Shown here: positions 52,596 through 64,000 of the stretch, piece by piece
Position numbering within the stretch: the stretch's first letter is position 1
How the letters are laid out: the number at the start of each line of letters is the position of its first letter
Assembly: GCA_963726045.1 (NCBI GenBank)
Contig: CAVSAZ010000011.1
Coordinates: forward strand, 402,252 to 466,251
DNA: 64,000 nt
Source: an uncultured Pseudomonadota bacterium
GTDB taxonomy: Bacteria; Pseudomonadota; Gammaproteobacteria; Steroidobacterales; Steroidobacteraceae
Direction: 5' to 3'
The notes under the pieces: generated by a model
Databases searched by the model: none
The model's input: only the letters and a program-made list of their open reading frames with translations
What the model was told of the DNA's origin: nothing
Made by a program: the position numbers and the translations under genes

Positions 52596-52767
52596 CCCCT
52601 CCTCCCTGTGCCCTCTTCCGGGTGCTCTGCACTTCCATCGTCTGTCGGCACTCTGCGACAGGGGCGACATGTTAAACAGGTCACACTCTGCTTACGCAAC
52701 TGTATAATTACGTATTCAGATATTTCAGTAACTTAGCGATATTAAACTATAAATTGAATCCGTAGGT

Positions 52768-53403
52768 TCATCCAGTACCACCCAGCAGCGGCACGAATGC
52801 CACTGGCCCCAGCGACTCCCGGTCGATGCGCTGCTCGCGGCGGGTGAAACGCACCAGCTCCTGCTCGCCCTCGGGGCCCACCGGGCACCAGCAGACGCCC
52901 GCCCACCTGCAGCTGCTTGAGCAATGCCTCCGGAACGACCAGCGGCGCCGCGGCTACGAGGATGCCGTCGAACGGCGCCTGGGTCTTCCAGCCGGCGCTG
53001 CCGTCGCCGTGTCGGAACCTGACATTGCGCACACCGAGCTCCTTCAGCCGCTCCTTGGCGCGCTCGAGCAAGCGGCTCGATGCGCTCGATCGGTGCAGAT
53101 GCGGTCCACGAGCGGCGCGAGCACGGCGGTCTGATAGCCGCAGCCGGTGCCGACCTCGAGCAGCTTGTGCACCGGGCCGCCCTGGAGCAGTGCCTCGGTC
53201 ATGCGCGCGACGATGTAGGGCTGCGAGATCGTCTGCCCGAACCCGATGGGCAACGCGGTGTCTTCGTAGGCGCGGCTGCCGAGCGCCTCATCGACGAAGA
53301 TGTGCCGCGGAACGTTGCGAATCCGCTCCAGTACGGCGAGACTCGTGATGCCTTGCTCGCGCAGGCGCTGCACCAGCCGGTCGCGCGTGCGCGCGGAAGT
53401 CAT
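52768..53403 (-). CDS. pcm: protein-L-isoaspartate O-methyltransferase, two frame changes
   Basis: ATG 53403 ([14 protein letters not shown]...[33 protein letters not shown]...[15 protein letters not shown]) lies in the frame of ORF 53044..54588. [23 protein letters not shown]...GGRLLVP is in ORF 52742..53071. The tail [15 protein letters not shown]...FVPLLGGTG ends at TGA 52768-52770. Confidence 0.85.
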
Positions 53404-53426
53404 GCCGATGCCGGAAAGCCGCAGTG

Positions 53427-54186
53427 TCAGGCATGGATGTCCTTGCAGCCAATTCTGCAGGGCGGGGAGCGCCGCATGGCGCGTGAGATCGATCTGCAGC
53501 GGAGTCACCGAGACATAGCCCTGGGCGATGGCCTCGAAGTCGGTGCCGGGCCCGGCGTCCTGCTGCGGCCCCGCGGGTCCCACCCAATACACCGGCCGGC
53601 CACGCGGGTCGTGCGCGGGAATGATGGGCTCCGAGCGATGGCGGTATCCGAGCCGGGTACTGCGAAAGCCCTGCAGCGCGCTCAGCGGCAGGTTGGGCAC
53701 GTTGACATTGAGGATGAGAGCCGCCTCGAGCGGACTCCTGACGAGCTGCGCCACCAGCTGCCGCGCGACCTGCGCGGCGGTCTCGAAATGCGCCTCCTCA
53801 TTCGGCGTTGTGCACAGGGAGATCGCGATCGCGGGCAGGCCGAGAAAGCGGCCCTCGACGGCGGCCGCAACGGTGCCGGAGTAGAGCACGTCATCGCCGA
53901 GATTGGCGCCGTCATTGATGCCGGAAACCACCATGTCGTGCTCGTAGTCGAACAGGCCCGTGATCGCGAGGTGCACGCAGTCAGTGGGTGTGCCCTGGAC
54001 GTAGTGCACGCCGGGCTCGGACTCGAACACCCGCAGCGGCATGTCGAGGGTCAGCGAGTTGCTGGCGCCGCTACGGTTGCGGTCCGGGGCCACGACGGTG
54101 ACCTCGGCGAGGCTTGCGAGCGCCTCCCGGAGGAGGCGGATACCGCGGGAGCGGTAGCCATCATCGTTGCTGACGAGGATCTTCAC
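53427..54186 (-). CDS. surE: 5'/3'-nucleotidase SurE (3' end affected by a frame change)
   Basis: GTG 54186 gives [19 protein letters not shown]...[16 protein letters not shown]...[22 protein letters not shown] in ORF 53044..54588. That ORF reads through into pcm. The expected stop is TGA 53427-53429 in a neighbouring frame. Confidence 0.85.
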
Positions 54187-54251
54187 GGTCCTGATGTAGG
54201 GTACTGCAAGGCTTACGCCCCTCCGCGGGCGCGTCACTATACTGGAGCAAA

Positions 54252-54874
54252 ATGCGCGGAGGTAGCGTGAGTCCCCGTTCTCCCAAGGAGTTTTCCGGTG
54301 ACCCTGTCGTCCGCAAGGAGGCGGATCCCGCCGCGGCCCGGAACGATGAGACGCAGCTCTTTCGCGAAGCGGTCCGGGACGTGAAGCCTTTGGGAGCCTG
54401 CGACGCAGGCAGCGGAGCAGCCGTCGGGCCGCCGGCGACGTCCGCGCCCGGCTGCGAAGTTCTCCCGCGCCGACCGGCTGGCCGTGCTCGAAGAGAGCCT
54501 GCGCGATGACGTCATCGATCCCGAGCTCGCCAGCGGCGAGGAGCTCGTCTTTCGCCGCGCGGGCATTCAGGCCTGCCGTGCTGCGCAAGCTCCGCCGCGG
54601 CGACTACCGCGTGCAGGGGGAAATCGATCTTCACGGCCTCAGCGTCAGCGAGGCGAAGCAGGCACTGCGCGAATTTCTGGCGCAGGCGCTGCTGCGCCAG
54701 TGGCGCTGCGTGCGCATCATCCACGGCAAGGGACTGCGCTCCGGACATCGCGGCCCGGTGCTGAAGGGCATGGTCGGCGCGACGCTGCGCAAAATCGGCC
54801 CGGTGCTCGCGTACGTCTCCGCGCGGCAGGTCGATGGCGGCACGGGAGCGGTCTACGTGCTGCTCTCGTCGTAG
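54252..54874 (+). CDS. Smr-domain protein (SmrB/YfcN-like), two frame changes
   Basis: The N-terminal part is in ORF 54252..54509 ([16 protein letters not shown]) and the middle part is in ORF 54484..54951 ([28 protein letters not shown]). The Smr domain is in ORF 54506..54874 ([26 protein letters not shown]...VRIIHGKG...LK). Confidence 0.7.
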
Positions 54875-55905
54875 TCCGCGTCGAGATCGAACACCTCCCG
54901 CAGCACTACCGTTGCATAGGCGCCGCGGCTCGAGGCGGAATTCGAAGATGACCAGTCAGCGAGCGTCGGCGTCCCGCCGCCAGCTCAGATCGCGGACCGC
55001 GAGCCGCAGGCTGCGTCTCTCCTGCTCCATGCCCGCCCGCTCGACGAGCGCGCAGGCGGCCGTCAGCCCTGCAGCGACCCGCTGCTCCAGCTCCAGCACC
55101 CTGCCGCCGCTCGGCAGCGCGCCGCGTCCCCAGAGGGGGCCCGTGGGGTGGATGTCGAGGCGCGCACTGCGGCCCGCAAGCGCCTCATCGATTGCCTCGA
55201 CCCGGAAATGACTGGCGCGCCCATCGAGGTTGGCGAGATCCCCCGCCTCGAGGCGCTCCCAACTCCCATCGCGCACACGCTCGGCCAGCGACGGCGTTGA
55301 AGACGAGGCTGCGCGCCGCTGAAAGAACGAAGCCGCGCTCCGGCGGCCTGAGCGCGCGCACGTCCTCGCCAATGCGCCGCAGATTGGCCCCACCCTTCCC
55401 GAACCGCTGCGGCCCGAAATAGTTCGGGACACCGCGTGTCGCGATCGCAGCGAGGCGGCTCGCGAGGGATGCGTCATCGATGGCGGTACCGCGAATGCGG
55501 ATGACGAAGCGATTGCCTGCGAGCGCTCCGCGCGGCAGCTTGCGGGAGTGGCGATGTGCCTGCAGCACCTGGTACTCGCCGCTCCTGACACCGACCCAGT
55601 CCTGCGGCGAGAGCCGCGACTGCGGCACCGTGAACCATTGCGTGGCCACCGCGCGGCGATCCTTCAGGCCCGCGTAGCCCACATCGCGCTCGGGACAACC
55701 GCCGGCACGCGCGAGCTCGCGAGCGATCCACTGTGTGTTGGCGTCGCGCTTGCGGACCTTGAGGAGCACGTGCTGGCCGGCTCCCGCCGGCTCGAATCCG
55801 AGCACTTCCTCGACGAGGAAATCCTCGGGCTCGGTGCGCAGTTTTCCCGCACAGAGCGGGGCACCGTGGGCACGCGGCGGATCGAGCGCCGCCGTCAGTC
55901 GACAT
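54853..55905 (-). CDS. truD: tRNA pseudouridine(13) synthase TruD, with frame changes and one in-frame TGA
   Basis: [35 protein letters not shown]...[16 protein letters not shown]...[12 protein letters not shown] is in ORF 55185..55805. GPLWGRG...RRSLRL...LSW is in ORF 54956..55591, which stops at TGA 54956-54958. The sequence then continues [10 protein letters not shown] and, in another frame, [15 protein letters not shown] to TAG 54853-54855. Confidence 0.8.
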
Positions 55906-56371
55906 CGAGCAGAAGCACCACGGCCTGCGCGGCGATGCCCTCGGCCCGGCCGAGAAAGCCGAGCTTCTCGGTCGTCGTCGCCTTCACGTTCACCTGCTCG
56001 AGGCCGACCTCCAGCAGTTCTGCCACCTGGCGGCGGATGTCATCGCGTACCGGTGAGAGCTTCGGCCGCTCCGCGAGCACGGTCAGGTCGGCATTCCCAA
56101 CCCGCAGTTTCCGGGCGCGCAACATATCCATCACCTCGCGCACGAAGCGTTTGCTGTCGGCGCCCTTCCATTGCGGATCGGTGTCCTTGAAGTGCTGGCC
56201 GATATCGCCGAGCCCGGCCGCGCCGAGCAGCGCATCGGTGAGCGCATGCAGCACCACGTCGCCGTCGGAGTGAGCCACGACGCCGTGCGTATGCGCGACG
56301 CGCACACCGCCCAGCATCACGAAGTCGCCAGGGCCGAAGGCGTGCACGTCGATTCCGGAGCCTATTCTCAT
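55895..56371 (-). CDS. ispF: 2-C-methyl-D-erythritol 2,4-cyclodiphosphate synthase
   Basis: ATG 56371 ([16 protein letters not shown]...[18 protein letters not shown]...GDIGQHF) lies in ORF 55895..56479. The frame is intact and the start overlaps the ispD TGA. Confidence 0.9.
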   Translation of the reverse strand: MRIGSGIDVHAFGPGDFVMLGGVRVAHTHGVVAHSDGDVVLHALTDALLGAAGLGDIGQHFKDTDPQWKGADSKRFVREVMDMLRARKLRVGNADLTVLAERPKLSPVRDDIRRQVAELLEVGLEQVNVKATTTEKLGFLGRAEGIAAQAVVLLLDVD

Positions 56372-57052
56372 GAGCCCGTTTCCTTCAGCAGTGCGGCCGC
56401 AATCGCGAGATCCGCGGCACTGGTGATTTTGAGATTCGCAGCGGCGCCCTCGACCACCCGCGGACGATCGCCCAGCCACTCGATCGCCTGCGCCTCGTCG
56501 GTCGGGATGCGTCCCGCCGAATGCGCGCGATCGAGTGCCTCGCAGAGGCGGCCGTAGCGGAACATCTGCGGTGTCAGCGCCCGCCAGAGGCTGGCGCGGT
56601 CCACCGTCTGCTGCACGTCACCGGATCCATCAGCGCGCTTCAGAGTATCGGCAGCGGGCGTAGCCAGCAGACCGCCTACCGGGTGGTCGGCGAGGACGGA
56701 GAGCAGCCGGTCCAGGTCCTGGCGCGGTAGACAAGGTCGCGCGGCATCGTGGACCAGAACCCAATCGTCGCGATCTGCGCGCTCCGCAGAGCGCCGCCAG
56801 GCCATTGCGGACGGACTGGCTGCGCTCCTGCCCGCCGCCGCGACCAGGCGTTGGCGGGAGCGATCGCCGGCCCAATAAGGGTCATCCTGGGCGAGCGCCA
56901 CCACGGCGCCGGCACAGCGCGCATCGCGTCAGGAACGGAGCCAGCGCCCATTCGATCACAGTCCGGCCGCAGAGGGGCGCGTATTGCTTCGGGCGGTCGG
57001 CGCCGAAACGGCGGCCTATCCCTGCGGCAGGCATCACCAGCCAGTACTTCAT
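56368..57052 (-). CDS. ispD: 2-C-methyl-D-erythritol 4-phosphate cytidylyltransferase, frame change near 56930
   Basis: ATG 57052 ([37 protein letters not shown]) continues in ORF 56368..56904 ([11 protein letters not shown]...TPQMFRY...DEAQAIE). Confidence 0.85.
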
Positions 57053-57131
57053 CCGTGCAGTCTATACGATGCAGCCCGACGCGGAGATCGCCAAGGCATT
57101 CGCCTGATCTCAGTTGTCGTCCGGCTCGTCT

Positions 57132-57464
57132 TCACGGCCTTGGAGGCGGGCGCAGTGACGGCGTCGCGGCGGGCGGAGGCTCGACGACCTGATAGAAGGT
57201 CTCGTTGGGGCCGATCATGCCGAGGTCGCTGCGGGCGCGCTCTTCGATGGCCGCGGTACCGGACTTCAGGTCCTGTACTTCGGCGTCCAGGCGGCTGTTG
57301 CGCTGCGGTGAGCGTGGCGTTGAGCTTCTGCTGCGCGGCGACGGCGTGCTGCAGGCGCCCGACGCCGCGCATGCCGTCGTCGGAGACCCAGATCCGGTAT
57401 TGCAGCAGGATCAGAGCGACAGCCAGCGCTGCGGCAAGCCATGCCTGCGCAGTCGACGGGACAT
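57132..57464 (-). CDS. ftsB: cell division protein FtsB, two compensating frame changes (~57448 and ~57300)
   Basis: ATG 57464 (MSRRL) is followed by [47 protein letters not shown] in a second frame. [38 protein letters not shown] then runs to TGA 57132-57134 in the starting frame. Confidence 0.7.
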
Positions 57465-57487
57465 CGAGGCCGTACAGGCTCGACTCG

Positions 57488-59634
<2,147 letters not shown>

Positions 59635-59641
59635 CGAGGCC

Positions 59642-62792
<3,151 letters not shown>

Positions 62793-62809
<17 letters not shown>

Positions 62810-63760
62810 TGAAGACCCCGAAGGAGGCGATCCGGCGCGAGCGCGCGGCGCGCAGCTCATCGCGCGGAATCGACTCGAGCGCTCGAGGTGCTTGAGCAGC
62901 GCCGCCTTGAGACTCGCCGCCATCGCGGCCGGATCGCGGTGCGCGCCGCCGAGCGGCTCCTCGATCACCTCGTCCACCAATTCCAGCTTCGACAGGCGGT
63001 CGGCGGTCAGGTTGAGCGCCTCGGCGGCCGCTTCCTTCTTGTCCTGGCTCTTCCAGAGGATCGAGGCGCAGCCCTCGGGCGAGATCACCGAGTAGGTGCT
63101 GTACTGCAGCATGAGCAGGCGGTCGCAGACTCCGATCGCAAGCGCGCCGCCGGATCCGCCCTCGCCCGTCACCACCGTCACGATCGGCACGCTGAGCACC
63201 GACATCTCGAAAAGATTGCGCGCGATCGCCTCGCTCTGGCCGCGCTCTTCGGCGCCGACGCCAGGATAGGCGCCCTGCGTATCGATCAGTGTCACCAGCG
63301 GGCAGCCCGAAACGCTCCGCCAGGCGCATCAGACGCAGCGCCTTGCGATAGCCCTCAGGCTTCGGCATGCCGTAGTTGCGTCGCACCCGCTCCTTGGTGT
63401 CGCGCCCCTTCTGGTGGCCGATGATCATGACGGGGCGGCCATCGATGCGGCCGAGGCCGCCGACGATCGCCTGGTCATCGGCGAACATGCGATCGCCATG
63501 CAGCTCGCTGAACTCCGTGCAGATCGCGCGCGACATAATCCAGCGTGTAAGGACGGCGCGGGATGGCGGGCGAGCTGGGTGATCTGCCAGGGCGTGAGGT
63601 TCGCGAAGATGCTGGTCGTCAGCTGCCGGCTCTTCGCCTGCAGGCGCGAGATCTCCTCCTGGATGTTGACCTCGGATTCGGACGTGACATGCCGCAGCTC
63701 CTCGATCTTCGCTTCGAGCTCGGCAATGGGCTGTTCGAAATCCAGGAACGCAACGGCCAT
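62793..63760 (-). CDS. accA: acetyl-CoA carboxylase carboxyltransferase subunit alpha, about three frame changes
   Basis: ATG 63760 ([23 protein letters not shown]...[10 protein letters not shown]) is in ORF 63425..63760. [19 protein letters not shown]...[11 protein letters not shown]...[11 protein letters not shown] is in ORF 62793..63536. [24 protein letters not shown]...[12 protein letters not shown]...LGGAHRD is in ORF 61505..63295. Confidence 0.85.
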
Positions 63761-63797
63761 GCAGTCTTACCGCGATTTTCTCATGCTGCGCGTGAGG

Positions 63798-64000
63798 TTA
63801 AGGGGCGACAGCCCCGGGCGCAAGCGCCGCGGCCAGCGGCGCGTACTTGACGTCCACGGAGCCGTGGCCCAGCAACTCCTCGAGACCCTCCCGCAGCTCA
63901 CTCGTGGCGCGCACGGCCCACTCCGGTCCGAGCTTGAGCACGCCGCGCGCGGCCGAGCCGGAGAATTCGATGGTGACGGTGCAGGGGCCGGGCCGGAAGG
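63798..64000 (-). CDS. dnaE: DNA polymerase III alpha subunit, C-terminal end only (gene runs off the window)
   Basis: The minus-strand translation FRPGPCTVTIEFSGSAARGVLKLGPEWAVRATSELREGLEELLGHGSVDVKYAP... ends at TAA 63798-63800. This resembles the DnaE C-terminal tail, and the position upstream of accA is canonical. Confidence 0.65.
   Translation of the reverse strand, partial: FRPGPCTVTIEFSGSAARGVLKLGPEWAVRATSELREGLEELLGHGSVDVKYAPLAAALAPGAVAP

Noticed and set aside
52699-52718. The imperfect palindrome CTGTATAATTACGTATTCAG (CTG-N14-CAG) as a LexA/SOS box.
   Set aside because: The spacing does not fit the CTG-N10-CAG gammaproteobacterial box, only 14 of 20 positions are self-complementary, and no SOS gene is adjacent.
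53044-54588. A 514-aa ORF suggesting a SurE-Pcm fusion with an upstream extension.
   Set aside because: SurE begins at [10 protein letters not shown] (54186) and Pcm begins at [10 protein letters not shown] (53403). The missing stop between them is explained by a frame change, and the stretch upstream of 54186 has no similarity to anything.
54956-54958. The in-frame TGA in truD as a possible selenocysteine or other recoding event.
   Set aside because: TruD is not a selenoprotein family and I saw no SECIS-like hairpin immediately downstream. The window is full of point errors, so a base-call error is far more likely.

Overview
This is a high-GC stretch of core chromosome. The gene order looks gammaproteobacterial (Xanthomonadales/Nevskiales-like), but that is only an inference from synteny. 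I saw no rRNA, tRNA, CRISPR array, transposase or integrase.

Gene content, left to right:
- Small exported protein; M61 peptidase (-).
- Class III nucleotidyl cyclase, mfd, csiV-like, ampC-type beta-lactamase, DUF3311 plus sodium:solute symporter (+).
- FixJ-type response regulator (-), motA-motB (+), sensor-less hybrid histidine kinase (-).
- YVTN beta-propeller protein (+).
- pbpC and a thioester alpha-2-macroglobulin (-); GST (+).
- A 19-gene co-directional minus-strand run (25.1-42.6 kb): LOV-like PAS/degenerate GGDEF, nagZ, rlmD, PolB-exo-like exonuclease, acpS, pdxJ, recO, era, rnc, DUF4845, lepB, lepA, glutaredoxin-like, rseB, rseA, rpoE, sdhE, sdhBADC, DUF1674.
- ygfZ (+); murI-lysS-prfB (-); an OMP (-) and a Uma2 nuclease (+); recJ and an RpfE-like gene (-); Mth938/DUF498 (+).
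- A 325-bp non-coding island.
- pcm-surE (-), an Smr protein (+), then truD-ispF-ispD-ftsB-eno-kdsA-pyrG-tilS-accA-dnaE' (-).

Main caveat: about three dozen conserved genes, many of them essential, are split by single-base frame changes. I read this as consensus error rather than biology. Many gene ends are therefore approximate.

I did not find a clear multi-gene novel system. The signals most worth follow-up are:
1. A 31-codon ORF at 52.50-52.60 kb, bracketed exactly by a 14-bp GC helix that buries its own Shine-Dalgarno sequence.
2. A LOV-derived PAS domain lacking the photoactive Cys and the I-beta Gln, fused to a degenerate GGDEF domain.
3. A lower-GC OMP/Uma2 islet, where the Uma2 protein has an antitoxin-like N-terminal extension.
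4. An sdh operon flanked by SDHAF4-like (DUF1674) and SDHAF2 (sdhE) genes.
5. A csiV-ampC translational couple downstream of mfd.
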